Shown one piece after another: positions 43,586 through 52,826 of a DNA stretch of 64,000 nucleotides (position 1 is the first letter of the stretch; every line of letters starts with the position of its first letter). Below the pieces are notes generated by a model. The model was not told the origin of the DNA and did not search any database. It saw only the letters and a list, made by a program, of their open reading frames with translations. Source of the DNA: an uncultured Anaerolineales bacterium (GTDB taxonomy: Bacteria > Chloroflexota > Anaerolineae > B4-G1); assembly GCA_964444825.1 (NCBI GenBank), contig CAYUIS010000003.1:5088-69087 (forward strand), read 5' to 3'. The position numbers and the translations under genes were made by a program.

Positions 43586-45283
43586 ATGACAGATCCAAAT
43601 GAGGTTCTAGGCACATTTTTCGGCGACGATGAATTCCCGGTCGAGTGGGAAAGCGAGGAAGAGAAGAGTCTGTTCTGGTTCTATGACGACAACCATTGCC
43701 CCCGTCCGATCTCGCCCATGTTCTGGAGCTTGAATGGCTGGTGGGGACCGACGCTGGATTATATGTACCGGCGTTTTGGCTTCCCCCTCGGCAAGGCGTG
43801 GATCGGCAAGCGCGTCAACGGCTACCTGTACAGCGCCATCGTGCCACGCGAGGCCGAGTCGGCAGGTATGCTTGGCCCATACTATATGTGGATCATGTCC
43901 ACCTACGCCAGCAATTTCCTGGACTGGTGGAATGACCGCTATCTGCCCGAAATCGCCCGCAACTTTGAATACCTGGACACCTACCCCACCGAGGAAGCCT
44001 CTCTTCAGGAATTGATGGTCTATCTGGAGGAAGCCATCGACATCCAGGAGCGGCACTTTCGTCTGCACTGGATCCTGAACCTGGCCCAATTCCAGTCCTC
44101 GATGGACCTCCAAGCGGCCGTGGGCGAGGTCGTCGGCGAGGTGGATCCCGCCCTCGTCGGTCGGATCTTGATCTCAATCAAGGACCGCAACTGGGACAGC
44201 CTGGATGCTCTTTGGAAGCTCAAGGAACAGGTGAAAGCCGATTCAGAGTTGAAGGCGACCTTTGAGGCTGGGGAAACCGCATCCGTCATCATACCCGAGC
44301 TGGAAAAGAGCGAAAAGGGCAAAGCCTTCTTGGCGGATGTGGAAGCCTACTGCAAAGAGTACGGCGTCAAGCCCTCATTGTACCCCCACGAATACGTCAA
44401 CAAGCTGTGGGTCGAGGACTTTACACCCGCCGTCGAGACAGTCAAGGGCTACCTGGCTGCCGATTACGACTTTCCTTCCGAGTACCAGCATATGGTGGAC
44501 GACCACTATGCGGCCATCGAGGAACTCAAGGCATTGGTGCCTGATACAGCTTCGCCTGAGCAACGGGAGAAACTGGAAACCGCCGTCGAACTGGCCACCC
44601 GTATGATGCCCCTCACTCCCGACCACCACTTCTACATGGATCAGGGCACATTCTCCCGAATGCGCCTCGTCCTGCTGGCGGTCGCCCGCCGCATGGTCAA
44701 AGAAGGACTGCTAAAGGACGCAGAGGACATCATGTTCCTGGAGTACGATCAGTTGCGCGCCTATGTGGCCAACCCTGATGGCTATGACGGTCAGGCCGTG
44801 ATCAAGGCTGGGCGCGGCGCCTACGACAAGGCACACCAGATTCGCCCGCGCGGCTGGGTCGGTACCGTGACCCACTGGGCGATGTACGAAGAGCCCTACC
44901 ACACCCTCTGGGGCTGGCCCCAGCGCTGGGAACGCGCCCAGGCAGGCGAAGATGTGATCGAGGGGGTGGTGAAAGGTCTTCCGGCCGCGGCTGGCGTCGT
45001 GGAAGGCGTCGCCCGGGTGGTAGTTGGGACCGAGGACTTTGACAAAGTGAAGCGCGGCGACATCCTGGTCTGCATCATGACCAACCCAGCCTGGGTGGTG
45101 CTCTTTAGCAAGGTCAAGGGCGTGGTCACCGACACCGGGGGCGTGCTGTGCCACACGGCCGTCGTGGCGCGCGAGTTCGGTATCCCGGGCGTGGTGGGAA
45201 CCGGCGACGCGACCCATCGCATCAAGACGGGCGATCACATCCGCGTGAACGGCAGCACCGGCATCGTCGACATCTTGGCTTAG
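43586..45283 (+). CDS. PEP-utilizing enzyme family protein, phenylphosphate synthase PpsA-like (substrate-binding region + C-terminal phospho-histidine mobile domain)
   Basis: The C-terminal PEP-utilizers domain reads GDILVCIMTNPAWVVLFSKVKGVVTDTGGVLCHTAVVAREFGIPGVVG and carries the conserved catalytic His. It lacks the N-terminal ATP-grasp (PPDK_N) domain, which is encoded separately at 52827. Confidence 0.7.
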   Translation: MTDPNEVLGTFFGDDEFPVEWESEEEKSLFWFYDDNHCPRPISPMFWSLNGWWGPTLDYMYRRFGFPLGKAWIGKRVNGYLYSAIVPREAESAGMLGPYYMWIMSTYASNFLDWWNDRYLPEIARNFEYLDTYPTEEASLQELMVYLEEAIDIQERHFRLHWILNLAQFQSSMDLQAAVGEVVGEVDPALVGRILISIKDRNWDSLDALWKLKEQVKADSELKATFEAGETASVIIPELEKSEKGKAFLADVEAYCKEYGVKPSLYPHEYVNKLWVEDFTPAVETVKGYLAADYDFPSEYQHMVDDHYAAIEELKALVPDTASPEQREKLETAVELATRMMPLTPDHHFYMDQGTFSRMRLVLLAVARRMVKEGLLKDAEDIMFLEYDQLRAYVANPDGYDGQAVIKAGRGAYDKAHQIRPRGWVGTVTHWAMYEEPYHTLWGWPQRWERAQAGEDVIEGVVKGLPAAAGVVEGVARVVVGTEDFDKVKRGDILVCIMTNPAWVVLFSKVKGVVTDTGGVLCHTAVVAREFGIPGVVGTGDATHRIKTGDHIRVNGSTGIVDILA

Positions 45284-45398
45284 GAATAGGATTCGAACCC
45301 AGCTTTTTCGGTCCTTACACGCAGAATGGGTCTGGGGAGAACCAGTGCCCCGGACCCATGTTTTGGACGGATGGGTTCCTTATGAAAGGTCACAGACT

Positions 45399-47276
45399 AT
45401 GAAATCAGGATACACAGGGAAGGTACTACAGATCGATCTGAGCGATGGAACAGTCGACGTGGAACCGTTGGACGAAACCTTTGCCAAGACCTACATCGGC
45501 GGGCGGGGCTTTACGTCGAGGCTGCAATACGACCTCATCCCCAAACAAGTCGACCCCCTCGGACCGGAGAACGTGCTGATCATCGCGCCCGGTGCGTTGA
45601 CGGGCACGTCGGCGCCCTCTGCCGCACGGTTCGTCGTGGCCGGACGATCCCCGCTGACCGGGATCCTTGGGGATGCCAACTCGGGTGGATTCTTTGGCGC
45701 GATGCTCAAGCGGGCCAGTTACAGTCTCGTCCTGATCCGTGGCCAATCGCCACACCCGGTCTACCTCAAGATCGACGACGACGAGGTGGAGCTGCGGGAT
45801 GCACGCCATCTGTGGGGCAAGGACGTGCACGAGACCACCGACGCCATCCAGGCGGAAGGGCGAGGATTCCACGTCGCCGCTATCGGTCAGGCCGGCGAAA
45901 ACCTGGTCCGCATAGCGGCGATCATCGCCGACAAAGATCACGCTGCGGCGCGGACCGGCCTGGGGGCCGTGATGGGCGCCAAGCGGTTGAAGGCCATTGC
46001 TGTGAGATCGAGGAAAGACTTTCCCTACCGTGACCGGACTGCTTTCAAGGAACTGGTTGACGAGCTACTAGAGATCGAGCGAAATGACAGGCGGGCTCGG
46101 GACTTTTCTGCGCGTGGGACGCTTGGCACGCTGATGGACCATCACTCGGCCATCGGAGCGATGAACACGCGTAACTATCAGTATGGTCAGTTCGAAGGTA
46201 AGGAACAGATCGATGGTCAAGCCCTCTCGGCGGAGTACCTGGTGCGGACGACCGGTTGCTACCGCTGTTCGTTGCGGGCCGACCGGTATTGTCGGGTGGA
46301 AAACGGCGAATTCGCCGGCGTCGAGGTCGGTGGACCCGAGTACAGCACAGCCGTGGCCCTGGGTTCGGGCGTGGGGGTCGACCACATCCCCGCGATCCTC
46401 AAGGGCAACGACCTAGCCAACCGGTATGGACTGGACACAATAGACCTGGGGGGCGTGATAGCCTTCAGCATGGAGCTGTATCAGCGAGGTATCCTCAGCA
46501 AAGAGGAGGCCGACGGCCTGGATCTGACGTGGGGCAACTACCACGCGATGCTAGATTTGATCGAGCGCATTGCCTTCCGGGAGGGGCCCTTTGCCGACCT
46601 GCTGGCCAACGGCGTACAAATGGCGGCACAGGAAATCGGGCGCGGTGCGGAGCGGTATGCGGTGCACGTTAAAGGTATGACCCCTGCGCCACTCGACGCA
46701 CGCCCCGTCAAGGTCTACAACTTTCGCTATGCGGTCTCACCCCGAGGCGCCGACCACCTGCGCATCTCCTGTCCGGGCGGCTATGCCCTGGACGAGCTTC
46801 CAATCCTTGAGGCGGCGGAGAAGCTGCGATACTGGCAGGGCATCATCGCCGTCCCGGATCTGATGGGGGTGTGCAAATTCGCCTACACATACTACACCGA
46901 GACGCCGGACGTCGCCATGCACAGGACGCTTGACATCGTTCCCCGGCTCTACACAGCAGCCACCGGGCTCGAGCTCACACGTGATGAACTGCTCGACACC
47001 GCCGCTCGGGTCACCAATATCGAGCGCGCCCACAACTGCAGGTTGGGTCTAACCGCTGCCGACGACACGCTGCCGCCGCGTTTCACACAAGACCCGATGC
47101 CTGCCGGGCCTTCCAAGGGCAAGGTGTACGACATCTTGGAGCCGATGAAAGAAGCGTGGTACACGGTTCAGGGTTGGAACACGGAGACCGGAATACCGAA
47201 ACGTGATCGGCTAGAGGAACTGGGGATTGGAGACATCGCCGACGATCTAGAACATCACGGTGTAGACATTTCCTAG
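45399..47276 (+). CDS. Aldehyde:ferredoxin oxidoreductase family (tungstopterin) enzyme, copy 1
   Basis: The N-terminal AOR_N domain aligns with P. furiosus AOR (GKVLQIDLSDGTVDVEPLDE..YIGGRGF...VDPLGPENVLIIAPGALTGTSAPSAARF.VAGRSPLTG...ANSGGFFG). The full length is about 626 aa. Confidence 0.85.
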   Translation: MKSGYTGKVLQIDLSDGTVDVEPLDETFAKTYIGGRGFTSRLQYDLIPKQVDPLGPENVLIIAPGALTGTSAPSAARFVVAGRSPLTGILGDANSGGFFGAMLKRASYSLVLIRGQSPHPVYLKIDDDEVELRDARHLWGKDVHETTDAIQAEGRGFHVAAIGQAGENLVRIAAIIADKDHAAARTGLGAVMGAKRLKAIAVRSRKDFPYRDRTAFKELVDELLEIERNDRRARDFSARGTLGTLMDHHSAIGAMNTRNYQYGQFEGKEQIDGQALSAEYLVRTTGCYRCSLRADRYCRVENGEFAGVEVGGPEYSTAVALGSGVGVDHIPAILKGNDLANRYGLDTIDLGGVIAFSMELYQRGILSKEEADGLDLTWGNYHAMLDLIERIAFREGPFADLLANGVQMAAQEIGRGAERYAVHVKGMTPAPLDARPVKVYNFRYAVSPRGADHLRISCPGGYALDELPILEAAEKLRYWQGIIAVPDLMGVCKFAYTYYTETPDVAMHRTLDIVPRLYTAATGLELTRDELLDTAARVTNIERAHNCRLGLTAADDTLPPRFTQDPMPAGPSKGKVYDILEPMKEAWYTVQGWNTETGIPKRDRLEELGIGDIADDLEHHGVDIS

Positions 47277-47295
47277 CACAAGGTGGACAACGCCA

Positions 47296-47709
47296 ATGAA
47301 ACGTATCTATGTGATCGAAGATCTTTGCAATGGGTGCCGGCTGTGCGAGACGTTCTGTTCGTCGCTGGCTGACGGGGTGTTCGACGTGGCCTATTCATCC
47401 TCGGATCGGACACGGGCCCGGGTCAGGGTGATCAAGATCCCTGGAGAGGAAAAGGACATCCCCATAGTAGATTGTGATGGCCGATGCGTACGTCCACTGA
47501 ACAGCGACGGCGGCCCAACCTGCGTCGCCGTATGCCCAACTGGCGCTCTGATCTACGCGGAACAGGAAAACGCCGTCGCCAAGCGCCTGGCGTTGGAGGA
47601 GGCCAGAGAGGCACACGGCCTGTTCAAGGTGATCGCCCCCTGGAAGTGGCCCCTGCCCTGGCGAAAGCCTGAGACGACCCGAGGCAACAGCGGCGGAGAA
47701 GGTGCATGA
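47296..47709 (+). CDS. 2[4Fe-4S] ferredoxin-like protein (AOR electron-transfer partner)
   Basis: CNGCRLCETFC and CDGRC...CVAVCPTGAL Cys clusters. It is translationally coupled to the second AOR (ATGATG overlap at 47706). Confidence 0.7.
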   Translation: MKRIYVIEDLCNGCRLCETFCSSLADGVFDVAYSSSDRTRARVRVIKIPGEEKDIPIVDCDGRCVRPLNSDGGPTCVAVCPTGALIYAEQENAVAKRLALEEAREAHGLFKVIAPWKWPLPWRKPETTRGNSGGEGA

Positions 47710-49655
47710 TGGCGCGAGATAACAAGGTTCAAACAATCCTGCGGGTGGATCTATCCACCGGCAGCAGTCACCTGGAGGATCTTCCGGAGGAATGGACGCG
47801 CAAGTATCTCGGCTGCCGGGGGATCAACGCACGGCTGCTGTTTGACGAGGTTCGACCCGACACGGATCCACTGGGACCTGACAACGTGCTTTTCTTTGGC
47901 ACCGGCCCGATGGATGGTGTGCCGATCGGCATGGGGCGCATGTCGGTGGCCTGCAAGTCGCCTCGGGGCAGCGTAGCGGAGGGGAGCTTTGGTGGATTCT
48001 TTGGCCCCGAGATGCGGAGAGCCGGTGTTGACTACGTGGCGATTCGAGGTAAGGCAGATCACCCGATCTACCTAAGCATCGAGGACGGAACAGTCGAGAT
48101 TCGAGACGCCACTCACCTGTGGGGCCTCAAGACAGACGAGACAGACGCAGCACTCCATCGTGAGTTCTCCGATCCAAACGTCCAGCTCCGCTACATCGGC
48201 CCTGCCGCTGAGAACCTGGTGCATGCCAGCCCCATCTTTGGGAACCTCAACAACAGCGGGGGGCGTGCCGGGTGTGGTCAGGTGATGGGCAGCAAGCGGC
48301 TGAAAGCCATCGCCGCACGCGGATCGCAAGGGATTCGAGTTGCCGATTACGACGCCTTCCTGGAAGCCTACAAAGTACTAAGGCAGCGGTTGGATTTGGC
48401 AACGTCGCGGGATATGTGGACACCGGTCTGGTCCACCTACGGCGCGCCTGTGCTGGCCCGGCTGTTCCCCGACCTGGGCAACCTGATGACGCGCAACGCT
48501 CAGGAGATGAGCTGGGATTATGATAAAGCCATGCGCATCTCCGGTGAGCCCTACCTCGACGACTATGTCACCAAGGCAAAGGCCTGCTACTGCTGCCCGT
48601 GGCCCGCCTGTCAGAAGTTACACCAGATCAAATCGGGCAAGTACCAGGGCTTTAAGGGCGGCAACTACTGGGCTGCCCAGCCGGTAGCGTTTGGGTCGCT
48701 GATCGACAATGACGATCTGGATTTGATCCTGGTGATGTCCGGGCTGTGCAACCAATATGGACTGGACGTCTTTCACGTCGGCTACACGCTGGCTTGGGCG
48801 ATGGAGTGTTTTGAAAATGGCATACTGACCGAGACGGACACGGACGGGCTGGAACTCCGGTTCGGTTGCCCGGACAAGGACGGTCTGGTCGATCTGATCC
48901 GCAAGATTGCCCTACGGGAGGGTTTTGGCGATCTGCTGGCACAGGGGTGCGCCGAGGCCGCCAAGATCGTGGGCCAGGACTCCGAGCGGTTCTGCCTGTC
49001 GGTGAAGGGCCAGGAGCTGGAGGGGATTCCCCAGCGGAACCTCTACATGGTGGCTCTGGGCATCGCTGTGAGCGAGGTAGGCCCTGATCACACACGCTGG
49101 TATCCGCCCTATCCCTGCAATCCCGGCCTCATCTCGAAGGAAGAGCTGGCAGAACTCGGTATCGATCTGGACCTGCGGCTGGCGTTCCAGGGGCGTAACC
49201 CGGAACAAAAGGGGAGATTGCTGCGCTGGTTCACTATCAGCCGGGCCGTCGTGGAAAGCATGCCCAGTTGCGTGTTCCTGGTGCGGGATACCCTGGGGCT
49301 GGACATGCGGCCCTGGTGGAATTTGTTCAACGCGGCGACCGGGGCTGATCTGGACTATGCCGAGTTCATCTTGGCGGGCGAGCGGCTCATGAACCTGGAT
49401 CGGGCGTTCAACGTACGTGAGGGATACCGTCGGGCCGACGACCGTCCTCCGATCCGAATGTCCACCGAGGATGTGCCTGGCTTTGGATACCCCAAGCTGG
49501 CTCCAGAGGTGTTTGAGCCGATGTTGGACGAATACTATGAGGCAAATGGGTGGAGCGCGGACACATCGATTCCAACACGTGGTAAACTGGAGGAACTGGG
49601 AATAAGCGACGTGGCCGACGAGCTCGACGCATTGGGAATCGAGGTGGCACAATGA
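47706..49655 (+). CDS. Aldehyde:ferredoxin oxidoreductase family (tungstopterin) enzyme, copy 2
   Basis: The same AOR_N/AOR_C architecture (TILRVDLSTGSSHLEDLPEE..YLGCRGINARLL...DPLGPDNVLFFGTGPMDGVP...). It is 649 aa and diverges from copy 1. Confidence 0.85.
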   Translation: MMARDNKVQTILRVDLSTGSSHLEDLPEEWTRKYLGCRGINARLLFDEVRPDTDPLGPDNVLFFGTGPMDGVPIGMGRMSVACKSPRGSVAEGSFGGFFGPEMRRAGVDYVAIRGKADHPIYLSIEDGTVEIRDATHLWGLKTDETDAALHREFSDPNVQLRYIGPAAENLVHASPIFGNLNNSGGRAGCGQVMGSKRLKAIAARGSQGIRVADYDAFLEAYKVLRQRLDLATSRDMWTPVWSTYGAPVLARLFPDLGNLMTRNAQEMSWDYDKAMRISGEPYLDDYVTKAKACYCCPWPACQKLHQIKSGKYQGFKGGNYWAAQPVAFGSLIDNDDLDLILVMSGLCNQYGLDVFHVGYTLAWAMECFENGILTETDTDGLELRFGCPDKDGLVDLIRKIALREGFGDLLAQGCAEAAKIVGQDSERFCLSVKGQELEGIPQRNLYMVALGIAVSEVGPDHTRWYPPYPCNPGLISKEELAELGIDLDLRLAFQGRNPEQKGRLLRWFTISRAVVESMPSCVFLVRDTLGLDMRPWWNLFNAATGADLDYAEFILAGERLMNLDRAFNVREGYRRADDRPPIRMSTEDVPGFGYPKLAPEVFEPMLDEYYEANGWSADTSIPTRGKLEELGISDVADELDALGIEVAQ

Positions 49656-49924
49656 AGCACCTCCAATTGCGATACGTCGCCCACGTCACGACACTTACCA
49701 GCGCTCTCCAGGAGAGCCACCAAACGGAGGTGGCCACTTTGCGGGAATTAGTAGACGAGTTGGATCTAGCGTATGGTGGATTTCGCAAGTTGTTTGTGAA
49801 TCCCGAAACCAGACAGTTGAATCTTAATACGATGATCTACTACAGCGATCCAGGCGAGGTCCCGATCTCGGTCATAAACCTGGATCACCCGGTGAGCGAT
49901 GGCGGAACCGTCACATTCTGGTAA
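49652..49924 (+). CDS. MoaD/ThiS-like beta-grasp small protein (lacks the C-terminal Gly-Gly)
   Basis: Alignable by eye to MoaD (RYVAHVTTLTS ~ RYFARLRELTG; TLRELVDELDLAYGGFRKLFV ~ TVRDLLEALAERYPELRELLF). It ends ...VSDGGTVTFW, without a free GG terminus. It overlaps the AOR stop. Confidence 0.4.
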   Translation: MKHLQLRYVAHVTTLTSALQESHQTEVATLRELVDELDLAYGGFRKLFVNPETRQLNLNTMIYYSDPGEVPISVINLDHPVSDGGTVTFW

Positions 49925-49936
49925 AAGGAGCAAACA

Positions 49937-50656
49937 ATGACAAAACTGATTGATCTGAGCATGGAAGTGAGCGGGGATATGGTGGTCTTTCCTCGGGTGG
50001 CTCGCCCGATCATGGCGATGCTGGAAAGCTGGGAGGAGTTTGCCAGCAACATCGGTGCGGCCGAGTATGGCACCACCTGGCTGACGGCCCACTATGTCGT
50101 CGTCCTGGGGGATCACGTGGGCACTCACGTAGACTCGTTGAGGCATATGCGTGACGATGCCCCTGGCCCCGATGGGATTCCCCTGGAGTACTGTTACGGC
50201 GACGGCGTCGTCCTCGATTTCAGCGACAAACCGGTCGGCTATGGCATCACCGCCGAGGATTGCCAGAAAGAGCTGGGCCGCATCGGCTACACCCTCAAGC
50301 CACTGGACATCGTCCTCATCAAGACCGGGGCGGGGCGCTACAACACCGAGCTGCGCTACCTGACCGATCACTGCGGTATGACGGGCGAATCGACCAATTG
50401 GCTCATCGACCAGGGGATCAAGATGGTGGGCATTGATGCGGTCACCTGGGACCGCCCGGTCAAATCGATGTTCGAGACAAAAGAGTTCTGGCCGGCGCAC
50501 CAGGTAATGATAGAGCGGGAGTACTATCACCTGGAGAACATGGCCAACCTGGACGCCATCCCGGTACCGTTTGGATTCAAGGTTTCTGTCTTTCCCATCA
50601 AGTGGAAGGGCACGACGGCTGCGCCTGTACGCGCCGTGGCTATGCTGGAAGATTAG
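49937..50656 (+). CDS. Cyclase-family protein (kynurenine formamidase-like metal-dependent hydrolase)
   Basis: The HxGTHxDxxxH motif (DHVGTHVDSLRH) is characteristic of the putative-cyclase / formamidase family. Confidence 0.7.
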   Translation: MTKLIDLSMEVSGDMVVFPRVARPIMAMLESWEEFASNIGAAEYGTTWLTAHYVVVLGDHVGTHVDSLRHMRDDAPGPDGIPLEYCYGDGVVLDFSDKPVGYGITAEDCQKELGRIGYTLKPLDIVLIKTGAGRYNTELRYLTDHCGMTGESTNWLIDQGIKMVGIDAVTWDRPVKSMFETKEFWPAHQVMIEREYYHLENMANLDAIPVPFGFKVSVFPIKWKGTTAAPVRAVAMLED

Positions 50657-50671
50657 GAGCAGTTTCGGCCT

Positions 50672-51898
50672 ATGACGTGCCATGTGGCCATCTTGGGCTC
50701 ACTGGACACAAAAGGGCTGGAGGTAGACTTTCTTCGGCATGTGGTCCGCGCCGAAGGGGGGCAGCCGCTCGTGGTTGACACCGGCGTCCTGGACAAGCCC
50801 ACCACGGCTGCCGACGTCACCCGGCACGAGGTGGCCCTTGCGGCAGACACTAGCATCGAAGCGCTGATCCAGCAGGGCAACAAGGCGTATGCGCTGGTGA
50901 CTATGGCTGAAGGCGCCAGCGCTATTCTGCTCAAGCTGTTCCAGGCGGGGCAGTTGGGAGGCGTGCTGTCGATCGGAGGCTCCCGGGGCACGGCCCTGAG
51001 CACTCGCGTGATGCAATCTCTGCCGGTGGGTTTACCCAAGCTGATGGTCTCTACTATGGCCAGCGGTCACAATCCCTTTGGGCCTTATGTCGGCACAAGG
51101 GACATCACCCTGATGCACTCGGTGGCGGACGTGCAGGGCATCAACGCTGTGACGCGGCCGATCTTTACCAACGCCGCAGCGGCCATCGTCGCGATGAGCC
51201 GCGTTGGTACGCCGGTTCAGCGCGGAGAGAAGCGGGTACTGACAGCCTCGATGCTCGGCGTAACAACCACGTTGGTGGGGCAGATTCAGGCGCTGATGGA
51301 CCCGGAAAGGAATGAGGTCATCGCGTTTCACGCCGTCGGTACCGGTGGGCGGGCGATGGAAGAGCTGATCGACAGCGGCCTGGTCGAAGGGGTGTTTGAC
51401 GTCACTCCAGGGGAGATGACTCAGTTCATAGTGCAAGGTTCGTTTTCCGCCGGCCCAGACCGGATGAAGGCGGCTGGACGGCGAGGCATTCCCCAGGTCA
51501 TCGCCCCTGGCGGCCTTGATTTTATCATCGAAGGGTCACTGGACGAATTGCCGGCCGAGTATCAAGATCGTAGGACGATGGTCCACACGCCCACGATCAC
51601 GCTGGTGCGTACATCGCCTGAGGAGATGGCGGCTGTGGCGCGCCTGATTGCGGAGCGACTGGCTGAATCCGCTGGGCCGGCAGCGATGATCCTTCCGCTA
51701 CGTGCCTTTGGCTGGTTTGCAAGGGAGGGACAGCCGCTGCACGATCCCGAGTCAGACCGGGCCTTTGTCGAGACGTTCAAAGCCCACGCGCCAGCGCAGG
51801 TCAGGATCGTCGAGATGGACACGCACCTGAACGACCCGGAGGTGGGCAAGATGGCGATCCAACTGATGCACGAGATGCTGGAGCAGGGGACCAGATAG
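50672..51898 (+). CDS. UPF0261 family protein (Tm-1 N-terminal-like domain)
   Basis: The N-terminus reads CHVAILGSLDTKGLEVDFLRHVV...PLVVDTGV, resembling the UPF0261 signature (GTxDTKxxEL...V.D.G). No characterised function is known. Confidence 0.5.
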   Translation: MTCHVAILGSLDTKGLEVDFLRHVVRAEGGQPLVVDTGVLDKPTTAADVTRHEVALAADTSIEALIQQGNKAYALVTMAEGASAILLKLFQAGQLGGVLSIGGSRGTALSTRVMQSLPVGLPKLMVSTMASGHNPFGPYVGTRDITLMHSVADVQGINAVTRPIFTNAAAAIVAMSRVGTPVQRGEKRVLTASMLGVTTTLVGQIQALMDPERNEVIAFHAVGTGGRAMEELIDSGLVEGVFDVTPGEMTQFIVQGSFSAGPDRMKAAGRRGIPQVIAPGGLDFIIEGSLDELPAEYQDRRTMVHTPTITLVRTSPEEMAAVARLIAERLAESAGPAAMILPLRAFGWFAREGQPLHDPESDRAFVETFKAHAPAQVRIVEMDTHLNDPEVGKMAIQLMHEMLEQGTR

Positions 51899-52018
51899 GA
51901 GCAAGACGCCGCGATGCAGGTTCACGTGCAGCCTTTCTCTTTCCTGCGAGATGCACTCAATCACACTCCCGACGTCGGTCTGGAGAACAATCACGAATAG
52001 ACGTGGTATTGCCGGAGG

Positions 52019-52813
52019 TTGACAACTATGACTTTGTTTGACGCTTATCTGAATCTATACAATCTGAAGGACAAGGTGGCCCTGGTGGCCGGAGGCGGAG
52101 GTGGCATCGGCAGCGCCATCTCCGAAGGGCTGGCCGCCTACGGCGCAACCGTCATCGTATGTGATCAGGCCAGGGCGAAGGCCGAGAAGGTGGCAGCCGG
52201 GATCGAGGCTGCCGGCGGCCAGGCATGGGGCACGGAACTGGACATACTCGACTTTGAGGCTGTGCGCCGCTTCATGGGTCAGGTAATCAAGCGCTATGGT
52301 CGCCTGGACATACTGGTGAACTGTGTAGGCACGCACAAGGAGGCCCCGGCCGAGGACTATGCCGAGGACGACTGGGATCGGGTGCTCGACCTCAACCTGA
52401 AAGCGGCCTTCTTCCTGTCCCAGGCGGTCGCCAGGGTACAGTTGCCACAAGGAGGGGGCAAACATGTCCATATCACCTCCGTTCGCAGTATGCTGGGCAT
52501 CCGCCGGGGTTACGTGGCCTACTGTTCCAGCAAGGGGGCTATGAACCTGATGATCAAACAACTGGCGACCGAATGGGCCAAGTACAACATCACGGTCAAT
52601 GGCATCGCCCCGACGTTTACGCGCACCGAGCTGGTAAAGGATTACCTGGAGGACCCCGACTTTTACAACCCTTTGGTAGCCCGCATCCCGCTGGGACGCA
52701 TCTGCGAGCCGATCGACCTGGCGGCACTGGCGATCTATCTGGCAGCGCCTGCCTCTGACTTTATCACCGGGCAGATCATCTTTGCCGATGGTGGTGTGAC
52801 AGCAACCCAATAA
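52019..52813 (+). CDS. Short-chain dehydrogenase/reductase (SDR)
   Basis: TGxxxGIG cofactor loop (VALVAGGGGGIGSAISEGL), NCVG, and the catalytic S...YxxxK (YCSSKGAM). Confidence 0.8.
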   Translation: MTTMTLFDAYLNLYNLKDKVALVAGGGGGIGSAISEGLAAYGATVIVCDQARAKAEKVAAGIEAAGGQAWGTELDILDFEAVRRFMGQVIKRYGRLDILVNCVGTHKEAPAEDYAEDDWDRVLDLNLKAAFFLSQAVARVQLPQGGGKHVHITSVRSMLGIRRGYVAYCSSKGAMNLMIKQLATEWAKYNITVNGIAPTFTRTELVKDYLEDPDFYNPLVARIPLGRICEPIDLAALAIYLAAPASDFITGQIIFADGGVTATQ

Positions 52814-52826
52814 GGAACAGCCGATC

